Shown here in pieces: positions 35,082 through 43,976 of a stretch of 64,000 bases of DNA. Source of the DNA: an uncultured Hyphomicrobiales bacterium (GTDB lineage Bacteria > Bacteroidota > Ignavibacteria > Kapaibacteriales > UBA2268); contig CAZSWR010000002.1 of assembly GCA_964610885.1 (NCBI GenBank), forward strand, positions 23,811 through 87,810. Reading direction: 5' to 3'. Each line of letters begins with the position of its first letter. The stretch's first letter is position 1. Position numbers and translations under genes: made by a program. The notes under the pieces were generated by a model. It ran no database searches. It was not told where the DNA came from and saw only the letters and a list, made by a program, of their open reading frames with translations.

Positions 35082-36182
35082 CTACTTCTGCTCGCGAACG
35101 GCGACGACGTGTATGTCTTTGCCGCATTGGGAGATGCCTTTGATGGCGAAGTGTTTGGCTTCGTTGAGGAAATTAATCTTGTACGATGCGAAGGCGTTCA
35201 AACCGTTCCCGATAATCATGGGTGCAATGAAAACGTGCAATTCGTCCGTCAGGTCCGATGCGACGAACGAAGAGAAAATCGAGGCTCCGCCCTCCACCAT
35301 GATTGATCCGATCGAGTATTCGCTCAAAAGAGTGCGAAGTATTGGTTCCAATTCCAACTTTCCGAAGGCATCGAGCTGCGAAGGGACGATCCTCAGCCCG
35401 GCCGCGCGCAGAGTTTCGGATTTGCGGGTAACGGACGATTCGTGGCTACAGCAGACGATGGTTTGCTTTCTTTGGTCGTCCGTGAAGTTCCTGATGCTCA
35501 GCGGCAGCGTCAGGTGCGTATCGAAAACAATTCGGAACGGGTTCCTGCCCATAACGTTCCTGACTGTCAACTCGGGATTGTCGATCGAGGCGGTTCGTTT
35601 GCCGATCAGGACCGCGTCAATCTCGGAGCGCAGCGCGTGGGTGCGTGTGCGGCTTTCCTCGCAAGTGATCCATTTGGATTGGCCGGTGGACGTGGCAATC
35701 ATCCCGTTGAGCGATTGCGCCACCTTCACTACCACGTAGGGCAGCCCGCTTGTGATGTGTTTGAAGAAAAATCTGTTCGCCCACAGGCATTCGTTTTCCA
35801 GCACGCCTGTTTCCACTTCGATGCCTGCCTGGCGCAGTTTTTCGATGCCCTGGCCGGCCACGAGCGGGTTGGGGTCCAGCGTGCCCACGACGACGCGCGA
35901 AATACCTTTCTCAATAATCAAATCGGCGCATGGTGGATTCTTGCCCTGATGGGAGCATGGCTCCAGGTTCACAACCAAAGTGGAACCTTTGACCTGTTCG
36001 TCCGAAAGCTGGTTGATAGCATTTGCTTCGGCGTGTGGTTCGCCAAAACGGCGGTGAAACGATTCGGAAATAATGCTTCCGTCTTTGATAATAACAGCAC
36101 CTACCCTCGGATTGGGGCTTACGAGTCCTGTACCTTTGTACGCCAACTCCAAGGCTCGTTTCATTGCTGATTTGTCTGTCAT
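35082..36182 (-). CDS. ribD: Bifunctional riboflavin biosynthesis deaminase/reductase RibD
   Basis: Deaminase zinc motifs HAEANAI and PCSHQGKNPPC, followed by a C-terminal reductase domain. Confidence 0.9.
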   Translation of the reverse strand: MTDKSAMKRALELAYKGTGLVSPNPRVGAVIIKDGSIISESFHRRFGEPHAEANAINQLSDEQVKGSTLVVNLEPCSHQGKNPPCADLIIEKGISRVVVGTLDPNPLVAGQGIEKLRQAGIEVETGVLENECLWANRFFFKHITSGLPYVVVKVAQSLNGMIATSTGQSKWITCEESRTRTHALRSEIDAVLIGKRTASIDNPELTVRNVMGRNPFRIVFDTHLTLPLSIRNFTDDQRKQTIVCCSHESSVTRKSETLRAAGLRIVPSQLDAFGKLELEPILRTLLSEYSIGSIMVEGGASIFSSFVASDLTDELHVFIAPMIIGNGLNAFASYKINFLNEAKHFAIKGISQCGKDIHVVAVREQK

Positions 36183-36564
36183 CGTTTTCTATGCCCGCTG
36201 TTGTATTAAAAATTCTGTGATTCGCGCTTCGTACAGTTATTGATGCGCGATTATTTCGACGCAAATTGCTCAGGAAATTTCCCTCGGCAAAACGTCAGAT
36301 AATGCTTTTGTAAAAATATCAAATTGAACTTATACGGCAAAGAAAAATTCGTGATTAATTATAGTAATGTGAATTTTTTAGTTCCATCGATTTGGAGTAA
36401 TTTTGTAATTGATTAGCTTGGCAGACAATGGAAAGCTGGCAAGCAATAGTTTTTTCGGTTGGTGTTTTTTATTTGTACGAATAATAAATAATACAATTAT
36501 CAATCTAATGGCACGGATTGTGCATTTGATTATTTGTTTGTTCTTGAAAACTGATGGAAATGAA

Positions 36565-37329
36565 ATGAAGAAGTTAACAGCCAGTATTGCTTTTTTCTTT
36601 GCCACTTTGAATGTATTCGCGCAAAGCTCTGCCGGCGACAAAGCAATTTACGAGTCTCGGTACATCGTCGATATGCCCACTGCCGGCGTGCTGGCGAAGG
36701 GCACTTTCTCGATATATACCATGATGTTCCAAGAGGGCGGACTGATGGCCGAACTCTACACAGCTCCGTTCGAGGATTTCAATATGGGACTCAGTTTCGG
36801 CGGGTCAAACGTCGTCGGGACGGGCAAGCCCACATTCCAGAACCTTCCTGGAATTCATATCAAATACCGAATCATCGATGAAACTCGCGGTTTCCCTGCG
36901 ATTACCCTCGGAGTGATCACGCAAGGCCGCGGATTCTTCTACACGGACGAAACTCGTTTCCAGACAATGTCTCCGGGCGTTTTCGCCGCCGTCAGCAAGA
37001 ATTTCAAGTGGGCATTGGGGTCATTAGCTCTCCATGGCGGACTGAATTACTCATTCGAGCCGAAACCCGAAAACAGGAACGTGAATTTCTATGCAGGTAT
37101 GGAACAATCAATCGGCAACGTTATCAGCTTGAATCTGGAGTTCAACTCGAATCTCGACGACAAAAACCGCGAAATCACTCTGAACCAAGGCATGTTGAAC
37201 GCTGCACTGCGTTGGTCGGTGGCCAAGGGCCTCACTTTCGAGCTTCAGGCGCGGGACCTGCTGAAACACTCGAAACGTACCGAAGAAATAAACAGAATTA
37301 TTGGAATTGAATTTATTAGCCCATTTTAA
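36565..37329 (+). CDS. Hypothetical outer-membrane beta-barrel-like protein
   Basis: ATG at 36565 gives the signal MKKLTASIAFFFATLNVFAQS. Alternating hydrophobic pattern. C-terminus ...IGIEFISPF. The family was not recognised. Confidence 0.45.
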   Translation: MKKLTASIAFFFATLNVFAQSSAGDKAIYESRYIVDMPTAGVLAKGTFSIYTMMFQEGGLMAELYTAPFEDFNMGLSFGGSNVVGTGKPTFQNLPGIHIKYRIIDETRGFPAITLGVITQGRGFFYTDETRFQTMSPGVFAAVSKNFKWALGSLALHGGLNYSFEPKPENRNVNFYAGMEQSIGNVISLNLEFNSNLDDKNREITLNQGMLNAALRWSVAKGLTFELQARDLLKHSKRTEEINRIIGIEFISPF

Positions 37330-37346
37330 ATAAAACTGGATTTGCA

Positions 37347-38033
37347 ATGAACCATACGATTAAAATAGCCCCAAGCCTCCTTTCTGCAGACTTTTCAGCA
37401 CTCGAACGCGACGTACGCACTTGCGAGGAAGGGAAAGCCGACATACTCCACGCCGACATCATGGACGGCCATTTCGTGCCAAACATCACTTTCGGGCCGC
37501 TCGTCGTCTCGGCAGTTGCTCGTAAGACGTCCCTGCCGATTTCGTGCCACTTGATGATCGAAAATCCCGACAAATACATCGATGAATTTGCCAAAGCAGG
37601 CGCATCATACATCTCTGTCCATGCCGAAGGTTCGGTCCACACTCACCGGACACTTTCGAAGATACAATCGACAGGCGCAAAGGCCGGGCTGGCGCTCAAT
37701 CCCGCCACGCCACTCGAGTTCGCCTACGCCGCAGCCGAGTATTGCGATTTCATCTTGCTCATGTCGGTCAATCCTGGATTCGGCGGCCAAGCATTCATTC
37801 CGTCGTTCCTCAGGCGTTGCGCCGCTCTTCGCGAATATTTGATAAAGAATAATCTGGAGAAGCAAGTGGAAATCGAAGTCGATGGCGGGGTCAAAGCAGA
37901 CAACGTGGCAGAAATCGTCCGAGCGGGCGCATCGATCATCGTTTGCGGTTCCGGTGTGTTCTCCGGCGATATTGTCTCGAACATTGCCCTCGTGCGCCGC
38001 AATGCCGAAACAGCCTTGCAAACTATAAATTAA
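37347..38033 (+). CDS. rpe: Ribulose-phosphate 3-epimerase
   Basis: IAPSLLSADF...HADIMDGHFVPNITFGP...MSVNPGFGGQAFI...VDGGV. Confidence 0.95.
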   Translation: MNHTIKIAPSLLSADFSALERDVRTCEEGKADILHADIMDGHFVPNITFGPLVVSAVARKTSLPISCHLMIENPDKYIDEFAKAGASYISVHAEGSVHTHRTLSKIQSTGAKAGLALNPATPLEFAYAAAEYCDFILLMSVNPGFGGQAFIPSFLRRCAALREYLIKNNLEKQVEIEVDGGVKADNVAEIVRAGASIIVCGSGVFSGDIVSNIALVRRNAETALQTIN

Positions 38034-38055
38034 TTTCAAAACGATAGAAAAGAAA

Positions 38056-38841
38056 ATGACAGATAAAAAGCCAAATATATTGGTTACCAACGACGACGGA
38101 ATCGATTCGCCGGGCATCTACGCTTTGGTGAAAGCCCTGAAAAGGATCGGCAACGTGTTCGTGGTGGCTCCCGACAGGCAACAAAGCGCCGTGGGCCATG
38201 CACTTTCGGTTTCGCAACCCCTGCGCGTTACCAAATTCCACCGGAATGGCGAAATGTTCGGATATGCCGTTACTGGCACTCCGAGCGATTGTGTGAAGAT
38301 TGCCATCAGCTCGTTGATTAAAGAGAAATTGGACCTCGTCGTCTCCGGGATCAATCATGGAAGCAATACGTCGATCAACGTCCTCTATTCCGGCACGGTA
38401 TCGGCCGCCACAGAGGGTATGCTGGGCGGGATCCAATCCATGGCAGTCTCGATGGCAGACTACACATGGGACGGCGACTGCACTCCCTCGGCAGAATATG
38501 CCGTCTTGATCGCCCAAAAGCTCCTCGAGAACCCGCTTCCGGCCGGGACAATTCTGAACGTGAACGTGCCGGCTTTGCCTCTGGACCAAATCAAAGGCAT
38601 TCGCTCCACGCAGCTCAGCAATTCCGTCTGGAACGATTCATACGAAAAGCGTACAGATCCGTTCGGGCGAGACTATTACTGGTTCGCCGGCGAATACAAG
38701 GTGTTCGACAAAAGCGAAAATTCCGACGACGGCGCAGTCCTTGCCGGCTACGTGGCCCTTACGCCTATGAAATTCGAATTCACCGACGCCAAGTCAATGT
38801 CGATTACAGCTGAATTCGAAAGTATAGGCAAGATTAAATAA
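38056..38841 (+). CDS. surE: 5'/3'-nucleotidase SurE
   Basis: ILVTNDDGIDSPGI...SGINHGSN...YSGTVSAATEG. Confidence 0.95.
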   Translation: MTDKKPNILVTNDDGIDSPGIYALVKALKRIGNVFVVAPDRQQSAVGHALSVSQPLRVTKFHRNGEMFGYAVTGTPSDCVKIAISSLIKEKLDLVVSGINHGSNTSINVLYSGTVSAATEGMLGGIQSMAVSMADYTWDGDCTPSAEYAVLIAQKLLENPLPAGTILNVNVPALPLDQIKGIRSTQLSNSVWNDSYEKRTDPFGRDYYWFAGEYKVFDKSENSDDGAVLAGYVALTPMKFEFTDAKSMSITAEFESIGKIK

Positions 38842-38851
38842 CGGCCTTGAA

Positions 38852-40825
38852 ATGAAGAAAATAATACTAAAGAAGAAGGATATTTCCACAATTCGCGAGC
38901 GAATCGATTATAAAATTGATTACGCCAATGAATTGAACCCGGCCCAGTACGAAGCCGTCATGCACAACAAAGGCCCGGCGCTCGTCATCGCCGGAGCAGG
39001 CACGGGCAAAACGAGGACGCTCATCTACCGAGTTGCGCGGCTCGTGGAGGACAGGGTGCCGCCGGAATCGATCCTTCTGCTCACGTTCACCCGGAAATCC
39101 GCCTCGGAAATGCTTCGCCGCGCATCGAATTTGCTCGATGGCCGGTGCGAAACCGTTGCCGGCGGCACTTATCATTCTTTCGCGCTACAAACTCTGCGCA
39201 AATTCGCCAAACACGTCGGGTACGAACCAACGTTCACAGTCTTCGATTCGTCGGACATACTCGATACAATCAACCTCTTGCGCTCGCGTTTGAAGTTCGA
39301 CAAAACAAAAAAGCGCTTCCCGAAGAAAGAAACTCTTTCGACTATTTTTAACCTCGCCGTGAACCGTTGCCAATCGATTGAAGATGTGATTATCGACGAT
39401 TACCCGCAGTTCATGGACGAAATCGACCAAGTGAAGCAACTCTTCGACGAATACAACGCATACAAGCGCCGCAGCAACACAGTCGATTACGACGACCTGC
39501 TGACGCTTCTGCACAAGTTGCTCGCCGAGGTGCCCTCCGCCAAAGAAGAAATTAATCGTATGTACAAATACGTCTTGGTGGACGAATACCAGGACACGAA
39601 TCGTTTGCAACACGAAATAGTGATGCAACTGGCCGGGCCGGAACAAAACGTGATGGCCGTCGGGGACGACGCGCAAAGCATATACTCGTTCCGCGGCGCC
39701 GAGTTTGAAAACATAATGAGCTTTCCGGATTCTTTCAGCAATTGCGCCGTATTCAAAATCGAAGAGAACTACCGCAGCACTCAGCCGCTTCTGGATCTGA
39801 CGAATTTCATTATTTCCAATGCAGCACACAAGTTTGAAAAAGAACTTTTCTCGCGGCGCACCGACGGCGAGCGCACAAAGATAGTTTGCTCGGCAGACGA
39901 ACAGCAACAGTCTTTGTTCGTAGTGCAGCAAGTGTTGCAACTGCGCGAGGATGGTATCCCGATGGACGAGATTGCAGTGCTCTTTCGCTCGTCGTTCCAT
40001 TCTTTCGATTTGGAAATTGAACTCAATAGAGCAAATATTCCATACAAAAAGTTCGGCGGAATGCGTTTCATCGAGACTGCCCACATCAAGGATCTTCTGG
40101 CTTTCTTCAAGGCGGCCAACAATACGACCGATGCCATCAGTTGGCACCGGATACTGACGCTGGCCGACGGAGTGGGCGAGCGGACGGCAACGGCTGTAAT
40201 CAATTCGATTATCGAGAATAGGGGAGACTTCGCATCGGTTTCGCCCGGTAAACGCGCCGGAGAGAAACTCTCGGAAATGTTTGATTTCATGAAGCGATTC
40301 GCCGAGTCCAAACACTCAATCTCCGAAATGGCGACGATGCTGGTTGAGTTCTACAAACCCGTACTGAAAAACAAATACGACGATTGGCAAAAGCGCCAGA
40401 AAGACCTCGAAGCCTTCATCCAGATTGCCGAGCGATACAAGAACATAACCACACTGCTGAACGATATGGCGCTCGATCCGCCTTTGGATTCCGTTATGGA
40501 AATCGATCCCGAATCGAAAGAGGAAGAATTCCTGACGCTTAGCACTGTGCATTCGGCCAAGGGCTTGGAGTGGAAGGCTGTTTTTATTATTTGGGCGCTG
40601 GACGGGCGATTCCCGTCGGCCAAATCAGTCGAAACAGTCGAATCGATCGAAGAGGAACGCCGATTGTTCTACGTGGCCGCCACGAGGGCCAAGGAGCACC
40701 TTTTCATTTCGTATCCGACGAACGTTTTCGACAGGTTCGAGGGCTGCGTGCTTTCGAAGCCATCGCGCTTCCTCGACGGCATTACCGAAGACATAGCCGA
40801 ATACTTCGTGCTCGAAGAGGAATAG
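38852..40825 (+). CDS. UvrD/PcrA/Rep-family ATP-dependent DNA helicase
   Basis: Walker A AGAGTGKTRTL, motif II VDEYQDTN, VGDDAQSIYSFRGA, TVHSAKGLEW and YVAATRAK. Confidence 0.9.
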   Translation: MKKIILKKKDISTIRERIDYKIDYANELNPAQYEAVMHNKGPALVIAGAGTGKTRTLIYRVARLVEDRVPPESILLLTFTRKSASEMLRRASNLLDGRCETVAGGTYHSFALQTLRKFAKHVGYEPTFTVFDSSDILDTINLLRSRLKFDKTKKRFPKKETLSTIFNLAVNRCQSIEDVIIDDYPQFMDEIDQVKQLFDEYNAYKRRSNTVDYDDLLTLLHKLLAEVPSAKEEINRMYKYVLVDEYQDTNRLQHEIVMQLAGPEQNVMAVGDDAQSIYSFRGAEFENIMSFPDSFSNCAVFKIEENYRSTQPLLDLTNFIISNAAHKFEKELFSRRTDGERTKIVCSADEQQQSLFVVQQVLQLREDGIPMDEIAVLFRSSFHSFDLEIELNRANIPYKKFGGMRFIETAHIKDLLAFFKAANNTTDAISWHRILTLADGVGERTATAVINSIIENRGDFASVSPGKRAGEKLSEMFDFMKRFAESKHSISEMATMLVEFYKPVLKNKYDDWQKRQKDLEAFIQIAERYKNITTLLNDMALDPPLDSVMEIDPESKEEEFLTLSTVHSAKGLEWKAVFIIWALDGRFPSAKSVETVESIEEERRLFYVAATRAKEHLFISYPTNVFDRFEGCVLSKPSRFLDGITEDIAEYFVLEEE

Positions 40826-40926
40826 GCCAGCTGCATGTTTTGATATATATTCACTTATATAGTTTGATTTCTCGTTCATTTTTGCTAATTTTAAATTAAG
40901 TGTAAAGAGTAAAAAAGGGGATTGAA

Positions 40927-41754
40927 ATGAAAAGAATATTTGCTTCGTTGTTAGTGCTTATGCTTTTGGCCGCGGCCACCGCCAACGCCCAGACAGAGCA
41001 AGTGCGGAAGTTGCTCAAGCAACTCGCAGCCGGAAAAACCGAAGAAGTACGCAAACAGCTTCCCGATTTGCTTTCAAACTATCCCAACCATCCGGGCGTT
41101 CTGTACCTGAACGCTGCCGCAATGGACGATGCTAAGAAAGCATTAGACATCTATGATAAAATAATCCGTTCCCACAGCGATAGCGAATGGGCCGACGATG
41201 CCTATTGGAGAATCATCCAATACTATGCAATCGCCGGAAATATCAAAATGGCAGAAAAAGAACTCGATGCCTTTCGCAAGAAGTATCCCAATTCGGATTT
41301 CCTCTCGCCGGCTACGGACGTGGTCGCCACAACAAAGAAAATTAACGGCAAGCACAAAGCCGCCACCAGCAAAGACGAAGTAGCCTCGAAAACCGCCGAC
41401 AAGAAAGAAGCAAAAGCCGAGGCAAAGAAGAACGGGAAAAACGGAAAAGCCGACAAAAAAACTGCCGCAAAAGAAGACAAAAAGAAAAAGGGCAAACAAG
41501 CAGCCGCCGACGATGGCCAGAAAAAAGTCTATGGCCTGCAAATCGGCGTGTTCCGCTCCTCCGAAGCAGCCAAAGATGAAAAGGATAAATACAAATCCAA
41601 AGGCGTCGCCGTAGAGATTCGCGAAAAGGAAATCGGCGGCGAGAAGATGTGGTCGGTCGTGGTCGGCAATTACTCGTCGGAAGCAAATGCCGAAAAAGCC
41701 AAAGCAGAAGTCCAAAAGGCTTGCGATTGCAGCCCAATTATAATTAAAAAATAA
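40927..41754 (+). CDS. SPOR domain protein with N-terminal TPR/YbgF-like region and Lys-rich linker
   Basis: Signal peptide. TPR-like ALDIYDKIIRSHSDSEWADDAYWRIIQYY. Low-complexity KKEAKAEAKKNGKNGKADKK linker. C-terminal SPOR domain (YGLQIGVFRSSEAAKDEK...WSVVVGNYSSEANAEKAKAEV). Confidence 0.8.
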   Translation: MKRIFASLLVLMLLAAATANAQTEQVRKLLKQLAAGKTEEVRKQLPDLLSNYPNHPGVLYLNAAAMDDAKKALDIYDKIIRSHSDSEWADDAYWRIIQYYAIAGNIKMAEKELDAFRKKYPNSDFLSPATDVVATTKKINGKHKAATSKDEVASKTADKKEAKAEAKKNGKNGKADKKTAAKEDKKKKGKQAAADDGQKKVYGLQIGVFRSSEAAKDEKDKYKSKGVAVEIREKEIGGEKMWSVVVGNYSSEANAEKAKAEVQKACDCSPIIIKK

Positions 41755-41791
41755 CTTACTTTAGGTTGCAAGGCCTATCTGATTCTTTGCT

Positions 41792-43804
41792 ATGGATTTA
41801 ACACTCTATCAATTGCGGGTGGTCGGCGCAAAAGCCCTCGCAAAAAAGCTAATCAAACGAATAACATCGAAATCCCGACGCAGGAAAGCCCGCGCACGGG
41901 ATTTTTCTTTTCCTACCTATTCTCAGTCGTTTCCGGCGGATTTTTCGATTCGAGATGGGATTATTGACTTCGAGGAAATCATACAGTCTGTGGGCAGGAA
42001 AAGTGATTATTTCAACCAAGCAGCTGATTGCCTTGACCAGTTCTTTGCGCACGAATATAATTTTCTCTCGGATAGGTTTATTCCAAGGAACAGGAAAGAG
42101 ATTCCAGATAACCCTGTAAATGCTTTCGTTAACGAATCCAACCGAGACGAATCCAACAGATTATTTGGGTTGATCGACAGGGATTACAAGCTGATAAATT
42201 GGCAGTCTGACCACGCGGCCGGTATCGAATGGGATTCGAGGGCGCATATATCTGAGATTTCTTATGGAAAAAATAGTGCAGACATCAAGGTGCCGTGGGA
42301 GCTTGGCCGCTTTCAGCACTTGCTTCCGTACATGCTGTTGCGCTTCAAAGGCGAAGGAATGGATCGGATAGCTTCCGAATTCAATAACCAGTTTCTCGAC
42401 TTCGCCGCTTTCAATCCGCCTCGGTTTGGCGCGCAATGGAAATGCACGATGGACGTAGCCCTTCGGGCATTTAGCCTTTTGGCCTGTTGCGATGCACTCG
42501 CACAGTCCGCTGCGGCATTGCCAGAAGAAGTAATGGAAGTATTTACGCGGAGCATTTTCGAGCATGGCAATCATATTCGTAGGCATTTGGAATGGAACGA
42601 AGGGGCGCGCGGGAATCATTATTTGGCGAACTTGCTTGGGCTGATTGCCATTGGCTCCTATGCCACAGGAGAATCGGCTAACAAATGGTTGATTTTCGGC
42701 GCAAAGGAATTGGACAAAGAAATCAAATATCAATTCAACGAAGACGGAACGAACTTCGAGGCATCGACGAACTATCACGTTTTTGCATTGGAAATGGTGC
42801 TTTGGGCCTTGTATTTGTTGCGCAATACGGACGCGAAATCAAAAATTTCATCTGAATCCTTTTCTAAAATCCGCAAAGCGCTTGAGTTCACTTACGCAAT
42901 TTCGACACGCGAAGGATTGATTCCGCAAATCGGCGACAACGACGGAGGGCGAGTTTTCCCGTTGGCCGAGTCTGTATGCGACAAGCGGCCCGTCTTTATG
43001 CTCTATTCCATGCTCACGGGCGATGATTCGGCCTGCGAGCATTTCGGAATTGCCAAGCCGGAAAAAGGGCACAAATTCTATTCAGAACTAAAAACTGATT
43101 TCGAGAGCTATGGCCGGAGCATTAACGGCAGAGTGGTTTCCTTCAAGGATTTCGGATTATACGTGTTCAGAAATGAGCACTATTTGGCCACATTCCGCTG
43201 TGGCTCTGTCGGGCAGCGTGGCAAGGGCGGGCACGCCCATTGCGACCAATTGGCCCTGACGCTCACCGTTGGCGGGAAAGAAATCATTAGCGATTCCGGG
43301 ACGTATGTTTACACATCGAACCCGGCCGAGCGGAATCGTTTTCGTTCGTCGCGTGCGCACAGCACTATTATTATCGATGGCAAAGAACAATTTCCTTTCG
43401 GCGAAGAAACGACGGATGATTTGTTTTGGATTAAAGATAACAAATTATCCGCCGATATAGAAATAAGTGGCCTTTGCAGAATCGAAGCGAGCCACAATGG
43501 CTATTTGAAGAGAGTATATCGTAGAATTGAATTCTTTGAAAAAAGGATATTAATAGAGGACAGATCGGAGAGCGGAGAATTCGAGTCACGACTGATTTTG
43601 GCACCGGAATGCGAAGTTAAACGATCAGATTCAAGTTTTGATTGTATTATATGCGAGGATGTGGTTTTGTCGTTAAAAAATAAACGAGGATTTGCTGAAT
43701 TATTAACAAGCGAATATTCAAAGACATACGGCAGTATTGAAACTACATCGAATATTACTGTAAAGAACGATATGAGTACCAATGTAATTGATTTAACGTT
43801 ATAG
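41792..43804 (+). CDS. Heparinase II/III-family protein
   Basis: (alpha/alpha)-toroid-like NHYLANLLGL...NYHVFALEMVLWA and a C-terminal beta-sandwich GGHAHCDQLALTLTVGGKEIISDSGTYVYT, typical of heparinase II/III-like proteins. Confidence 0.7.
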   Translation: MDLTLYQLRVVGAKALAKKLIKRITSKSRRRKARARDFSFPTYSQSFPADFSIRDGIIDFEEIIQSVGRKSDYFNQAADCLDQFFAHEYNFLSDRFIPRNRKEIPDNPVNAFVNESNRDESNRLFGLIDRDYKLINWQSDHAAGIEWDSRAHISEISYGKNSADIKVPWELGRFQHLLPYMLLRFKGEGMDRIASEFNNQFLDFAAFNPPRFGAQWKCTMDVALRAFSLLACCDALAQSAAALPEEVMEVFTRSIFEHGNHIRRHLEWNEGARGNHYLANLLGLIAIGSYATGESANKWLIFGAKELDKEIKYQFNEDGTNFEASTNYHVFALEMVLWALYLLRNTDAKSKISSESFSKIRKALEFTYAISTREGLIPQIGDNDGGRVFPLAESVCDKRPVFMLYSMLTGDDSACEHFGIAKPEKGHKFYSELKTDFESYGRSINGRVVSFKDFGLYVFRNEHYLATFRCGSVGQRGKGGHAHCDQLALTLTVGGKEIISDSGTYVYTSNPAERNRFRSSRAHSTIIIDGKEQFPFGEETTDDLFWIKDNKLSADIEISGLCRIEASHNGYLKRVYRRIEFFEKRILIEDRSESGEFESRLILAPECEVKRSDSSFDCIICEDVVLSLKNKRGFAELLTSEYSKTYGSIETTSNITVKNDMSTNVIDLTL

Positions 43805-43976
43805 AAATAACGTATTATATTGATTAATAATGTCTAAAGTCCATTCTAATAAATAATCAGTATTTTTGAATTATTATTTTTATTAATATTTCTTTTGGAA
43901 TATTAAGAAAAATATCGTTAATTCACATTTTAGAAAATAACTCACTTGAAAAACAGATTTATACGGGTAAGAAAAT

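Noticed and set aside
36183-36380. FMN riboswitch expected upstream of ribD
   Set aside because: Reading the minus-strand leader, I could not find the conserved FMN-element motifs (GGGCAGGGTGAAATTCCC, CCGACAGT, AAGTCTGGATG). Only a GGAAATTTCC palindrome is present (36273-36282). An Infernal scan would be decisive.
39185-40315. 376-aa ORF antisense to the UvrD-like helicase (plus smaller ones at 39487-39756 and 39781-40311)
   Set aside because: They overlap a gene with all the helicase motifs and have no motifs of their own.
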